Below, one piece after another: positions 38,323 to 53,360 of a DNA stretch of 64,000 bases. The notes beneath the pieces are model-generated. The model ran no database searches. It worked only from the letters and a program-made list of their open reading frames with translations, and was not told the DNA's origin. The position numbers and the translations under genes were made by a program. This stretch comes from Octopus vulgaris (lineage: Eukaryota), in the NCBI GenBank assembly GCA_951406725.2, contig OX597831.1, positions 77,004,001 through 77,068,000 on the forward strand, given 5' to 3'. The first letter of the stretch is position 1; each line of letters begins with the position of its first letter.

Positions 38323-38912
38323 CAACAACAATAATAAATGCCCTGATGCAGTACCAGGCAGTGGCTCTCGTGGCTTCTGATCTTAACTGATTGGAAGTGT
38401 TATCATGTACATTGTTTTGTTTTGGTATAAAAGATGGGCTACGATTCAAAATCCGAATAATATAGGTAATCAATAATAATAATAATGATTTCACATATTT
38501 GCCACAAGGGTGAAGGATGGGGAGGACAATAGAGAGACAGAGACAGACATAAAGTGTAGGGGCTTTTCATATAAAAATGAAATGATAAAAAAAAGAAGAA
38601 AGTAATTATACACGGTGTACCCTGATAAAGAAGGGTCATATGCATAGCATAAAAAGGTTAAAATGTGGCTGGGAGCTTGATAGAGGTGTGACTCCTGATA
38701 CAGGAAGGCCTCTAGGGATAATCGAGGAACCCCACTGTCCGAGATTTCCTTGAAACCCCAGGAACAAGTGCCTTCTCTCCGACTCACAGGTCTACACTTA
38801 GAGAGGTACTATTCACTCTTACCATTTTCACAACTTTCACCCACCTTTCAATTAACCCAATCGAGGACAGCGCTTCCCTCTCCACTCTCAATTTCCTTTT
38901 CAAGTTAAACTT

Positions 38913-39037
38913 GGAGAAGAAGAAGAAGAAGAAGAAGAAGAAGAAGAAGAAGAAGAAGAAGAAGAAGGAGAAGAAGGAGAAGAAGAAGAAGAAGAAGAAG
39001 AAGAAGAAGAAGGAGAAGATGGAGAAGAAGGAGAGTT

Positions 39038-39069
<32 letters not shown>

Positions 39070-39265
39070 AAGAAGAAGAAGGAGAAGTATGAGAAGAAGA
39101 AGAAGGAGAAGAAGAAGAAGAAGAAGAAGAAGAAGGAGGAGGAGGAGGGGGGAGAAGAAGAAGAATTGGAAGAAGAAGAATTGGAAGAAGAAGAAGAAGA
39201 AGAAGAAGAAGAAGAAGAAGAAAGAGGAGGACAAAAACAACAACAACAACAAAAACAAGAAGAAG
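38913..39265. repeat. (GAA)n/(GGA)n polypurine tract
   Basis: Directly visible. Confidence 0.95.
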
Positions 39266-39642
39266 AGATAAAGGCATGAAATATGAAGAACAGCGACCGA
39301 TGGGTGAGAGACAGAAGGATGTCAATGGTCGAGCGTGGGATTTTGGTATGAGTCACAATGTCCTGTTGAGGAATGAGTGAAAAGCAGCGATTTATGAAGT
39401 GCAGAGGGAATGTCTCCAACGGGGAGATAAAAGGTGCCGGGGTCAGATCAAAGATGTGGGCTGAGAAGATAATCGCTGCGTGGTTGGTATTGGTTAATAC
39501 AGCCGCATTAGGATACAATACCATGGGTTTAATACATGAGGGGAAAGGGGCGTGCAACATGGTCGCACATTTACGTACATATGCACTCATAAGTGTTTAG
39601 AAATAAGTATGAATGTATGTAAGTAGACACATATGTATAGAC

Positions 39643-39673
<31 letters not shown>

Positions 39674-39825
39674 CATACATACATACATACATACATACAT
39701 ACATACACACATACATACATACATACATACAAGAAGCCTGGTTATCATTCAGTCCCACCGCGTGGCGCCTTGGGCAAATGTCTTCTACTTGTGAGTGGAT
39801 TTGGTAGATGGAAACTGAAAGAAGC

Positions 39826-39880
<55 letters not shown>

Positions 39881-39975
39881 ATCCAAACAAGAAAATACAA
39901 AGAGAAAACAACAACGCGAGGACGTGGAACAAATATAGTATTATTGGACGCTCAGGAAAGAAGGAATGAAGGAGG

Positions 39976-40010
39976 GTTTAACGTTTCGAGCGGAGCTCTT
40001 CGTCGGAAAC
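39976..40010 (-). ncRNA. Minimal hammerhead motif in a short element nested in a SINE TA tract (same family as 15369)
   Basis: GTTT-CCGACGA-A-GAGC TCC GCTC-GAAA-C-GTT-AAAC. Confidence 0.55.
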
Positions 40011-40062
40011 ATAGGAGAAGGAAAGGTCCAGAGAAGGGAAGACATATATATATATATATATG

Positions 40063-40116
<54 letters not shown>

Positions 40117-40117
40117 C

Positions 40118-40210
<93 letters not shown>

Positions 40211-40629
40211 CATATATATGTATGTATGTGTGTGTGTGTCATGTGTCTGTGTTTGCCCCCACCATCGCTTGACAACCGATGTTGGTGTGTTTACGTCCCC
40301 GTAACTTAGCGGTTCGGCATTGAGAAACCGACAGAGTAAGTACTAGGTTTACAAAGGATAAGTCCCGGGGTCAATTTCTTCGGCTAAAACCCTTTAAGGC
40401 TGTGCTCCAGCTGGCCGCTGTCAAATGACTGAAACAAGTAAAAGAATGAAAGAATATACATACATAGGCGCAGGAGTGGCTGTGTGGTAAGTAGCTTGCT
40501 TACCAACCACATGGTTCCGGGTTCAGTCTCACTGCGTGGCACCTTGGGCAAGTGTCTTCTACTATAGCCTCGGGCCGACCAAAGCCTTGAGTGGATTTGG
40601 TAGACGGAAACTGAAAGAAGCCCGTCGTA

Positions 40630-40695
<66 letters not shown>

Positions 40696-40928
40696 CGTGT
40701 GTGTTTTGTGTGTCTGTGTTTGTCCCCTAGCATTGCTTGACAACCAATGCTGGTGTGTTTATGTCCCCGTTACTTAGCGGTTCGGCAAATGATACCGATA
40801 GAATAAGTACTGAGCTTAGAAAAGAATAAGTCCCGGGGTCGAATTGCTCGATTAAAGGCAGTGCTCCAGCATGGCCGCGGTCAAATGACTGAAACAAGTA
40901 AAAGAGTAAAAGAGTACACACACGCATG

Positions 40929-40980
<52 letters not shown>

Positions 40981-40982
40981 TA

Positions 40983-41082
40983 ACAGAATTAAGAACAATG
41001 ACAACTAAAGTGGACACCTAATATGCTAAACATAGACGTCATATTAGGCATCCACTTTAGTGGTCATTCTTCTTAATTCTGT
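40983..41082. repeat. Short imperfect inverted repeat (~43-bp arms)
   Basis: ACAGAATTAAGAA..CCTAATATG / CATATTAGG..TTCTTAATTCTGT. Confidence 0.85.
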
Positions 41083-41150
41083 ATGTAACACAATTTTTTA
41101 AATATACTAAGCCACTGGTTTTAATTGATTAATATCAATTTCTACCCTTA

Positions 41151-41199
<49 letters not shown>

Positions 41200-41562
41200 C
41201 ATGATTAAATATTGTAGGTTTTTGGATAATTTTCAATTTTAAAAGTTGGCATTTTTTTATTGCTGGCGAAGGACTGCGGCTGCGCAGTAGACTTTGAAAA
41301 AGTTAGGACGAATAAATAAGGGGCAGTTAGTTTGATCGCCCCGTGTGTATATGTTTAACCCTTGGTCTGTTGAAGACAATTGCACCTGGCGGGTTCATTT
41401 ACTCGCTAAACTAAAATCAGAAACCAATTGGTCCAGGAAACTAGATGGTAAAAGGTTTTTATTTTTCATTTCGTTCGTGTCGAATTTTATCCCTAATTTT
41501 TGTGGTTATAGAACCTAGCTGTTCTTTCTAGCCTGTTGAATCCTATGACTGGATTCCTCATG

Positions 41563-41636
<74 letters not shown>

Positions 41637-41955
41637 ACTCCGCCGGTTACGACGACGAGGGTCCCAGCTGATACGATCAACGGAACAGCTTGCTCGTGAA
41701 ATTAACGTGCAAATGGCTGAGCATTCCACAGACACGTGTACCCTTAACGTAGTTCTCGGGGATAATCAGCGTGACACAGAGAGTGACAAGGCTGACCCTT
41801 TGAAATACAAGTACAACTCATTTTTGCCAGCTGAGTGGACTGGAGCAACGTGAAATAAAGTGTCTTGCTCAAGGACACAACGCGTCGCCGGGAATCGAAC
41901 TCACAACCTTACAATCATGAGCCGAATGCCCTAACCACTAAGCCACGCGCCCTCA
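41637..41955 (-). mobile_element. tRNA-derived SINE (group A head, body 2, tail shared with 46166)
   Basis: TGGCTTAGTGG / GAGTTCGATTC boxes. Confidence 0.75.
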
Positions 41956-42046
<91 letters not shown>

Positions 42047-42059
42047 ATTATATAGAAGG

Positions 42060-42107
42060 AGCTTCTACAGGACTAGTACTGTTTCATTCAAGAAATCTTC
42101 AGAAGCT
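42060..42107 (-). ncRNA. Hammerhead-like motif at the end of a pyrimidine-rich PLE-type 3' region
   Basis: AGCTT-CTGAAGA-TTTC TT GAAT-GAAA-CAG TACTAGTC CTG-TA-GAAGCT. Confidence 0.55.
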
Positions 42108-42483
42108 ATTTAACAAGAATTGTATTAGCATTTATACATTTAGGAGGTTTAAGGTGGTGGTGGGGACTTTTGGGGTAGGCATAGGAAAATATCATACTTG
42201 GAGTGGTCAAGGAGTCAGTGGTAAGTTAGATGAAAGAATAGATAAATAAAAAATAGATAAATAAAAAATAAAAATAGAAAAATAAAATGGAAAATAAAAA
42301 GATAAAATAAAAGAATAAAAATAAAAAATATAAAAAATATATATAAAAAAAATATATATATATATAAAAATATATATATAAAAAAAGGGGGGATAGAGTT
42401 ATAGGTAATAAGGAGATCTCACTTATACCTATACACACATGTATACGTATCTACACACATACACACAACACATATATACACAC

Positions 42484-42529
<46 letters not shown>

Positions 42530-42758
42530 CCTACAAACACACATACATACATACAAATTTACATATACATATATATATATACACAATCCAATACGGCCCA
42601 TTCCTAATTTTAATTTTATTATCTTCATTTATTACTTTTGTTATCTTTGATCCTAGGTAATCTGGCAGTGGCTGCTGTCCATTTGTCTGTCTACTAGAGG
42701 CAAGTACTCATTCAGCACACTCATTAGCATACTTACCCATTCGTCACTCATTCGTACA

Positions 42759-42836
<78 letters not shown>

Positions 42837-44621
42837 AAATGATTTCCAAGAGATAAGTAATCCTGGAGGTTAACGTTTTCCCTTTCAAATCGGTTTTATA
42901 TGCCGGCTAACACAGCGAATGTTATTGATACCAAAGCTAGCAGTAAGCTGTTAGACTCTAGTACAGGGATCGGGGGACATTTTTTAATCAGTTACCCCAA
43001 GATATATTTATGTATGTCGAGGTTAATTTGCCTTCTTAATCTGAAAGGAAGGAAATCAGAGATTCTTAGAATTCAAAAGGTTTGTTGAATCTATTTACAT
43101 GGAAAATACAATTATAAATATAAAATGTAGGAAATAAATGTGATGAAATAGATTAATGTCCTCATTAAGAAAGAAAAGGATTTTTCTAGAAACTTTTTCA
43201 CTTCAGGTTTTGGAGAAATGATGTTTCATTTTCGTTACAATTACATCAAAGTAGGGGCATTTTGATGCCAGAGCAGTTTGGGTACAGTCTTCGGGGCCCA
43301 ATTGATTTTGTTCAGGAGTTGAATCTACTTAAAGCAAAAACACGTGTGTGAAAAAATAAAGCTTAGGCGGTTAATAGACAACTGACATATAATATTCTCT
43401 ACTCTAGGTACAAGGCCCGAATTTTGGGGGAGGGGCTAGTCGATTAGATCGACCCCAGTACGCAACTGGTACTTAATTTATCGACCCCGAAAGGATGAAA
43501 GACAAAGTCGACCTCCGCGGAATTTGAACTCAGGACGTAAAGACAGACGAAATATATATTTCTTTACTACCCACAAGGGGCTAAACACAGTGAGGACAGA
43601 CAAGGACAGACAAGCGGATCAAGTCAATTATATTGACCCCAGTGCGTAACTGGTACTTATTTAATCGACTCCGAAAAAATGAAAAGCAAAGTCAACCTCG
43701 GCGGAATTTGAACTCAGAACGTAGCGGCAGACGAAATACCTATTTCTTTACTACCCACAAGGGGCTAAACACAGAGGGGACAAACAAGGACAGACAAATG
43801 GATTAAGTCGATTATATCGACCCCAGTGAGTAACTGGTACTTAATTTATCGACCGCGAAAGGCAAAGGCGAAAGGCAAAGTCAACCTCGGCAGAATTTGA
43901 ACTCAGAACGTAACGGCAGACGAAATACGGCTACGCATTTCGCCCGGCGTGCTAACGTTTCTGCCAGCTCGCCGCCTTACAGCTGACAAATGATATCTGT
44001 TTGCTCACTAGACAACGCCTTAGCAGCTAAATTGTTTGAAGTTCAAAATGGTGTGATGTCTCCTAAACACGTCCATTTCATTAGACAGATGTACAGTTGC
44101 CAGAAGAAAAAATTCTGTCGTATCAAGTAACACATTTTTTTCTTTTTGTATATAATTTTACTTATGCCTGATGTGTCCTCATTACAGCCAAGAATTTTAT
44201 TTGATTTTCCTCACTTTGTAAATCCGAGTGTCCGATTCAGGACTGCATAATTTCCCGTGGAGTAACTAATAGTATTAATAATTAACAAGATGAACGGAGA
44301 TTTTCCACATCTATAATTTTATTGAACATCACTCCTTCGTGGACTATACTATATACGGTATTAGTAATAATAAGTTATAAGGCTGCGAGCTGGCAGAAAC
44401 GTTAGAACACCGGGCGAAATGCGTAGCCGTATTTCGTCTGCCATTACGTTCTGAGTTCAAATTCCGCCGACAGGTCGACTTTGCCTTTCATCCTTTCGGG
44501 GTCGATTACATAAGTACCAGTTACGCACTGGGGTCGATGTAATCGACTTAATCCGTTTGTCTGTCCTTGTTTGTCCTCTCTGTGTTTAGCCCCCTTGTGG
44601 GTATTAGTAATAATCAGAAGA

Positions 44622-44674
<53 letters not shown>

Positions 44675-44745
44675 TACACACATTACATATACATGTTTAT
44701 ATGTATGTATATAGAAACACATACGTATATATATATGCATGTTAA

Positions 44746-44802
<57 letters not shown>

Positions 44803-44974
44803 TGACCGCTAACTCCAATAGTATTTTTATCCTCTCTGTTTATTTTCTCGTGTTCATTTGAAGAGCGTAGGTTCGAAACGTAAAAGACTTTCTCACCTTC
44901 ACAAGCGTCAAACTAATACACTTGTTTGTTGTTTATACACCTGTCTTCCTCTTTTGTTTTCCTGGACATTTCAA

Positions 44975-45024
<50 letters not shown>

Positions 45025-45439
45025 CAGCTGAAATTGCGAAGATAATCTGGTACTTGACTGAGGAAAGAAAACTTCGAATGACCCGTCCTTGTTTTCTTTG
45101 TATCGTCTATCTAGATACAGATATTACCGAGGCATGAAGGTAGCTACAGATATTACCGAGGCATGAAGGTAGCTGCCACGTGTAATTTCTGTCCCTTCTG
45201 GCTCCTTTACTGATGAACGCGTTGGCCTTTGGAAGATTGAATTGATTAAGTTTAATTTAATTTAATCAGGCTGGTTTACCATTAAAAAACGCTGAAACAA
45301 TGCATTGTCTAAAGAAGAACAGGGTAAATGTTTTTTTTTATTTTTCCTCTGATTCCGGAATTACTACTATTTGCGGTTGGAGCCCTGGCTGCTATTTCTA
45401 GTGGGTCGAACGGCCAAGTATAGCCGTTCCTCAATTGTT

Positions 45440-45502
<63 letters not shown>

Positions 45503-46165
45503 TACATATATATATGCATATATATACATATATATATGCATATATATATATATATGCTATATATATATATATATATATATATGTATACATATATATATAT
45601 ATATATATATGTATACATATATACATATATCTATATATGTAATGCATTTATATATGTATACACACACATATACATACATATATATATGTACATATATATG
45701 TGTGTGTGTGTATGCATGTATGTACATATATATACACACATATATAAAGCACATGTACGGGTCTACAGATACATAGCTAAGTACATTTATCCGTGCATGC
45801 ATACATTCATGCATACATCTGTGCGTACATACACACACACATACATACATACATACATACATACATACATACATACATACATACATACATACATACGTAC
45901 GTACATTAATATGTACACACACACACACACATATACTCACACTAACCCACACATAATTATAAATATTTACATGAATGAAGTGCACCATTTCTCCCTGACA
46001 TAATTCGTTATACAAACAACGTGACTTCTTGGCCGTTTCCATAATAATATATATTCTAACTTTGTCATATTTCCTTCTGCGATGTTTTTCGTTCCCAGGC
46101 TCATTAGCAAGTTCTGGCATTATGTAACAGTAATGTTTTTACAGAAATATTATACTATAAATGTG

Positions 46166-46548
46166 TGGAAGCGCAATGGCCCAGTGGTTAGGGCAGCGGA
46201 CTCGCGGTCATAGGATCGCGGTTTCGATTCCCAGACCGGGCGTTGTGAGTGTTTATTGAGCGAAAACACCTAAAAGCTCCACGAGGCTCCGGCAGGGATG
46301 GTGGTGATCCCGGCTGTACTCTTTCACCACAACTTTCTCTCACTCTTTCTTCCTGTTTCTGTTGTACCTGTATTTCAAAGGGCCGGCTTTGTCACTCTCT
46401 GTGTCACGCTGAATATCCCCGAGAACTACGTTAAGGGTACACGTGTCTGTGGAGTGCTCAGCCACTTACACGTTAATTTCACGAGCAGGTTGTTCCGTTG
46501 ATTCGGGTCAACCGGAACCTTCATCGTCGTAACCGACGGAGTGCTTCC
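46166..46548 (+). mobile_element. Full-length tRNA-derived SINE with 12-bp target-site duplication
   Basis: ACTATAAATGTG at 46154-46165 and 46549-46560. Confidence 0.88.
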
Positions 46549-47157
46549 ACTATAAATGTGAGTTCAATTCCAATGCGCGACATCGTGAGGAAGTGGGCAC
46601 TTTCTTTTGTCCATGAGAGTATATCGTTGCTATTATGCAAAAGTGTCGTAAATCCAAAACGTTGCTTTTTCAAAAAACGAAAGAATAGTTTCACCATTCC
46701 TTAGCAAAAACCTTTGTACTATTCTTTGACAGTTTTTGGTATCTTGGCATCTGAAGCCGCTGGAGATACGATAGTTTGCCCAAAAGATCCGGTTATTGCA
46801 AGCAAAAGTAAATATTAAAAAAAAAACGTATTTGCCGAATTTGGACATACGACAGTTTAACATAGTAGTAACGATATATATTTTATCATTTATCTCTCAC
46901 TTGCTTCAGTCAGTAGATTGCGGTCATGGTGGGGCACTACTTTGAAGAATTTGGCGTCGAACGGATTGATCCCATTTCTTATTTTATTACTTTATTTTAT
47001 TTTATTTTATTTTTTTTAGCTTGGTTCTTGTTCTGTCGGTCTGTCTTGCCGAACCGCTATGTTACGGAGACATAATCACACCAACATCAGTTGTCAGTTA
47101 TCAAGCAGTGGTGATGGACACACACACACACCCACACCCACACACACACACGTATAC

Positions 47158-47256
<99 letters not shown>

Positions 47257-47265
47257 CAGACAGAC

Positions 47266-47321
<56 letters not shown>

Positions 47322-47329
47322 CGACAGAC

Positions 47330-47404
<75 letters not shown>

Positions 47405-48864
47405 CAGATACACGACGGGCTCCTTTCAGTTTCCGTCTACGAAATCCACTCATAATGTTTTGACAGGCCCGTGGCTGTAGCAGAAGACACTTACCCAAGG
47501 TGCCATGTGGTTGAAAAGCAAGTCTCTTACCACCCAGCCATGCCTTGCTACATGATGTTTGAATTATCATTTTGAAGTTGAATCGAAAGCATCCGAATTT
47601 CTTGGATGCCACAGTTCTGAAGGAATCAAAACTGCTGCGCCATCCTAGGAATTTCACCATCTTTTATCAGTTTTCGTTATCCACAATTTAGTGAATAAAT
47701 CATGTGATTATATTTTCTCCACTTCTGTATTTCTATGATTAACAAATAAGTGTTGTTAAATTATTTTGGCACAAGGCGAGCAATTTCGGGGGACAGGGTA
47801 AAGAAAGCGAAGATGGCCTCGGTGAAATTTGAACTCAGAACATAAAAAAGGGGCGAAATGCCGCTAAACATTTTCCCCGACGTGCTAACGACTCCACCAA
47901 CTTGCCGCCTCAAGTAATGTTATATTGGTTCTAAATTTTAGACCAATGCCAGCAATTTGGGGGGAGGGTTAAGTCGATTATATCGATCCTAGGCGGCGAA
48001 CTGGCAGAAACGTTAGCACGCCGGGCGAAATGCCTAGCGGTATTTCGTCTGCTGTTATGTTCTGAGTTCAAATTCCACCGAGGTCGACTTTGCCTTTCAT
48101 CCTTTCGGGGTCGATAAATTATGTACCAGTTACGCACTAGGGTCGATATAATCGACTTAGTCCGTTTGTCTGTCCTTGTTTGTCCCCTCTGTGTGTAGCC
48201 CCTTGTGGGTAGTAAAGAAATATATATATATCGACCCTAGTACTTACCTGGTACGTATTTTATCGATCTCGGAAATATGAAAGATAAAAAGCAGCCTCGG
48301 CGGGATTTGAACTCAGAATGTAAAGATTATCCAGCTCACCGCCTTAACAAGTATCGTTATATTGAAACAAGAGACCAGTTGGAATTTTTTTTTTATATCT
48401 TTTTTTATATATAGCTGGTTTATATATTTATTTGTTTAGGAAGTTAAATGCGTTTTTCAAGAGAAACCTATTTGTCTGTATAGCTATCAGTTTATAACTA
48501 TATATGTTAATTAGTTACTTAATTTATGTTAATTAATTAAGAAAAAACAAACAAGATAAAATTCTATCATATACCTACACCAATCAAACTTAATTATCAG
48601 ACGGCTTTTTGTCTGTACAATGCTTGGAATCCTCTGAGCCCATCCCTTGCTTGTTTATGAATGACCCTCCGGCTGAAATTTCAAAGTGGAAGAGTGTAAA
48701 TTGAGGTCTGTTGTTTTCCTTTTGCATGGATAAAGATGGGGTTTCAAATATAATTTTCAACCGAAAGGAGCAATTTAAAAAAATTTTGTGGAATATTTCC
48801 TGTCTCCACCAAACATGTTAAATATACATACACGCATACATAAAAAGATGTGCAGATATATATT

Positions 48865-48905
<41 letters not shown>

Positions 48906-49304
48906 AAAATAAGCAACAAGAATGACTCCGGTAATTTGGTACAATTGTTTCGCACTATATATATATATATACACATATATATATATACATATATATATAC
49001 ATATATACACACACACACATATATGTGTGTGTCTGTGAGTGTATTAATATCGAACTATGAGAATGTGTGCTCAACTTTGCATTCGTGGATAATAATTTAT
49101 GGGGTTAAGACTACCATTGGTTTCATGCTTAGAGAGAGGTCCCTTAAAAATTATCAAGCCTACCACATAGAAAATCGATGCTCGTCTCTATCTTGAATTG
49201 AAACAAGATGAAGACGAACGCCGACGTTCGATGTGGCAGGCTTGATATTTAGTATGAGACCAACGTTAGTTTTGATCCTTATATATATATATGGTAACCT
49301 TAAC

Positions 49305-49745
49305 CCATAAGTTCGTAGGCTGCTCAAGACACTCTCATGGAATGTGAACAAATGGGGTTTATTTTTCAACATAACACTCCTTGCAGTCCACACACTTCTT
49401 CCATCGGTGTTGCAGTGTTTGGATCCCGTAAGGGAAGAAGCTTTCATCCTGTTAGTAAAAAAGTCATCAATAGAAGATATGACATCATCATCACTGCGAT
49501 ATAGTTTCCCAGCCAAGTGTCTTTTTTTTTTTCATGTTGGGGAACAGATGATGGTGAGATGAGGCCAAATCAGGAGAATAGGGAGGCTGGTCAACCAGTT
49601 CAAAGCCACGGTCACGTACAGAAGCCATTGAAACCAAGGACTTGTGTGCTGGAATATAGCTCTGATGAAACAAGAACCCTTTCGTCATTGTTCATGGGTG
49701 TTTGGTCTTGATAGCTTTTCGTAACTGCTTCAGCAATTTGGCTTA
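49305..49745 (-). mobile_element. Mariner transposon 3' fragment
   Basis: FELVDQPPYSPDLASS..LFPNMKK and RWKKCVD..YVEK motifs. Confidence 0.8.
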
Positions 49746-49789
49746 ACACTCTCCATTGATGGTCTGGCTCTTTTGAAGATAGTCAGTTA

Positions 49790-50780
49790 ACTGTACTAGG
49801 GACATTTTCCTTGCTCCAGCTCGCCATTCCTGTTTTGACATGCAGGTGTCCTCTAGACAGACAAGATGACTACCAGACCATCTAAGGTGGTGTTTTATAA
49901 TCATGGATTCGATATTCATCATTTTCGCCTGCTTCAGTATTCTCGCATCAGGTACATGAGATTGACAAGAAATCTTCAGGATATTACTCAAACATCGCTG
50001 GTGAAATCGCTTGAGACACTAGACGTACCTGTAATAAGTTGTCCCGGTCTTGCGTTCATACAACATGGTTAAAATATGCTTAATAGGCTTCAACTTTCGT
50101 TGCTGTGATGTACAATTGCGATCAGAGCCTCGACTCAGTCCTTCCAAATGCATCACAAGCTTTAGAAGATCTATAATTGACTCTCTCATCAAGTGTATTA
50201 ACTCTAGGTAGTGTACTACCAAGGTAGACATAAGTATACCTATTCCTTTACTACCCACAAGGGGCTAAACACAGAGAGGACAAACAAGGACAGACAAACG
50301 GATTAAGTCGATTACATCGACCCCAGTGCGTAACTGGTACTTAATTTATCGACCCCGGAAGGATGAAAGGCAAAGTCAACCTCGACGAAATTTGAACTCA
50401 GAACGTAACAGCAGACGAAATACCGCTAAGCATTTCGCCCGGAGTGCTAACGTTTCTGCCAGCTCGCCGTATACCACGACTTTTAACATTTAAACCTTGA
50501 CGTATATCGGCGGTATTATATATGGCTTGCCTAGTATTGGTTGCAGTATGACTTCAACCTTCTTTAGACTGATTATAAGTCCCGATTCATCATGGACGGC
50601 TGAAAAGTAATCAATAAAGAGCTGCAGGTCCTTCCCAGCGTAAAGGGGACCACAAATGAGAGCTAAGAAAAATTTTGCTACTGCAGTAAAACGATGTATG
50701 TTGAAAGGTTTTCCTTTGTACGCTAACCAGTATAGCTTTGCGCAAAGGCTTGCAAGGTAGCAATAGAAAAGAAGGCGGCG
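49790..50780 (-). mobile_element. Degenerate RTE-type LINE interrupted by a group B SINE (7-bp TSD GTATACC)
   Basis: GLIISLKKVEVILQP, YLGST and LRWSG motifs; TSD at 50234-50240 and 50469-50475. Confidence 0.7.
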
Positions 50781-50796
50781 AACAATGCATCCTTCC

Positions 50797-50902
50797 GGAC
50801 ACCCCAGTCTGAGAAGGACAACCCAGGTTGAAAAGGGACACCCCCGTTTGAGAAGAACACCCCAGCTTGAAAAGGACACCACAACTTGAGGGGCACACCC
50901 CA
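50797..50902. repeat. ~19-bp minisatellite, 5-6 units
   Basis: GGACACCCCAGTYTGARAA-like units. Confidence 0.8.
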
Positions 50903-51539
50903 AAGAGTTGGCCTATGTACAGTGTCAAAGGCTTTGGTAGGATCGTTGAAGCACTGCTACAGATCTTGTTGATGCTCTCTGCATTTGTATTGAGTCTGTC
51001 AAGCAGTCAAGATCGTGCCCCACCGCTATTTCGCCAAAAGCTACATTGTAACCCAGGAAGAATGTCTGGTGCAACGTGCGCCAGCAACTGACTGAAAAGT
51101 ACCGAAACCCAAATTTTTCCAACATGTGAAAACAGGAAGATTCCTCCGCTCGTTGCCTAAGATACACTTTCAACTTCATACCTATTATTATTGGAGCAAC
51201 CGGGTACGTACCGGCCAGTCTGGAGCAAAGTATGGCTGAACTCGGATTGCTGGGGAGAGAACCTAACTCCATAATACATACGCTACAAATAGCCATGATA
51301 CATAGAACTATAAAAAAAAATCTGTAAGACCTTAATATTTAAAGGATGCTGTGCAAACCAAGATACTTTTCTTCACAAACTTCCTTCCAAGCAGGTGGCC
51401 AATCTCTAAATTAAAAAGACAAAAAGACCCTACAACCTACCTACATACATACACATGTACACACACAGACACACACAAAATTCCCTGGGTATGGTTAGTA
51501 GTAAACCATTATCCTGATTGACAAGTGACATTAAAAGGA

Positions 51540-52705
51540 CATTAAATGTTAAAATTTTAAGAGAAACGCTTATTAAGACACTAACAAATCACCCGTTCTT
51601 TGGACGGTTTAAGTTTCTCTGGTGATATTTTTATCACCAAATAATTGATCTACGTAGAAGGTTTATGAGTAGCACGGCAATCTGTTTCCGATTAACCTAG
51701 GAACGGAAAATGTAATTGAAGGCTGGTCATTGTGGGGGTCGTTGCACTTTGATTATCATAGAACATATAAGTTTATTGATCATAGAATGTATAAGTTTGC
51801 AAGCGATGCAAAGCAGAGCTACAGAAGTGTTTTGGGAGTAGATGACGGATAATGACTACAAGATATAGTTTTACATGAAAGCGAAATTTCTTGTCAGAAA
51901 CAGCCACATAAATGGTTTAAGGAAATTGAAGGAAGACGTTGAAACTCTGCGAATTTATTTTTTTCAACAGCAAAGGGAGCTATCTTTTTCGGAGAGACAA
52001 GCTAACAAAAGTCCCTTTACTATGTCTTCCCTTATAGCCTGTGCCTAAACTAACAGCGAATGCTGCATAAAGTTAAATTGGCATGGCGCTTTCTGAAAGA
52101 TACGTATAGGTTTCGCTAGTGAAAGTAGAACACTTATTTAAAGGTTGTTTCTTTGAGACGAATCATATGTGGTTGTTTAAAAAGGGCAAGCATGACAATG
52201 CTAAAACGTATTTGAAACAGTGGACAAAAGTTGAAATATCATAATGGACGGGTAAATAAGCATCCTTAAAGTGAAACAACGGTATCAAAGGTAAACGAAG
52301 ATATCAACAAATAGAAGAGAGAAGGGAACATCATCTTTCAAGTAACTCAGAATACGTAAAGGTAAGCTTGCCAAAGTTTAATGCAGTTTAAAGATGGAGA
52401 TTGAGATTCTTTGGTATTGGATATTCATCACGTACAGTATTCCTAGTAAATTTAATCACTGTCGCAGGTGGAAAGTCGAAATAAATATAAAAAGATTAAA
52501 AAATTATGGCAGGCCCTACATACAAAATAACTATGTCCATTTACGTCCAGTAACGCGGGAGCTCTGGACAAAATGCTATAGTGCATGACCATCGTTGGGA
52601 CATAAGTAATGTGTGTGCGTAAAGTTTGTTGAAAATCGGTTGAGAATTGTGAAAATGTATGCGTTTGTCAGTATACACTCACATACTGCGATTTATATAT
52701 ACTAG
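51540..52705 (+). mobile_element. Possible highly degraded Helitron-like 3' end
   Basis: Terminal AAGTTTGTTGAAAATCGGTTGAGAA..TTTATATATACTAG resembles Helitron-type ends; only faint helicase-like translation. Confidence 0.3.
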
Positions 52706-52970
52706 ATTAAACCATCGACTAGATTAAACCTGAGAATAGTAACCTAAAGCTTTCGATGCTAGTGTTTGATCCATGGACTTGTTGCTCAAAAGAGAGTAAA
52801 CACGTGGTTCGTCTCTTGCGATTTCATGACGCACCTCGTACTTTGTGCGTGTCTAATTGCTGGTTATAATATATCCATATCTCCTATATTTATTCTGGTT
52901 GCGGAATTTACTGGGAAATATAGCTGTGTGTAATTTTATATTGTTAAAGGAATATTTCGTTAGATTCCCT

Positions 52971-53035
<65 letters not shown>

Positions 53036-53166
53036 TTAGAGACAAAACCACTATTGGGCAAATCAAACAATGAAAAACTTAAGCCAATACATAAAATTAA
53101 TTAATTTATATTATTTTAAATATATATCAAAATTATTAAAAGTTTAATAAAAGATAATGAGTAAAA

Positions 53167-53235
53167 CACTACGATCGTTTTATGGCTGTCCAATTCTTAA
53201 TAATTCGAGTTATGGGTACAGTCAATCTTCAGGTG
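53167..53235 (-). ncRNA. Hammerhead motif with GAAA>AAAA change
   Basis: CAC-CTGAAGA-TTGACTGT..ACAGCCAT-AAAA-CGATCG-TA-GTG. Confidence 0.55.
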
Positions 53236-53313
53236 ATTGAAATATCTAAAATATAATCAGAAATATTTAAACAATATTTTTACCTGTAAGTTTGGATTTA
53301 TTCCCTAATATTT

Positions 53314-53360
<47 letters not shown>

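Noticed and set aside
45116-45174. 29-bp perfect tandem duplication
   Set aside because: Only two units; consistent with local slippage
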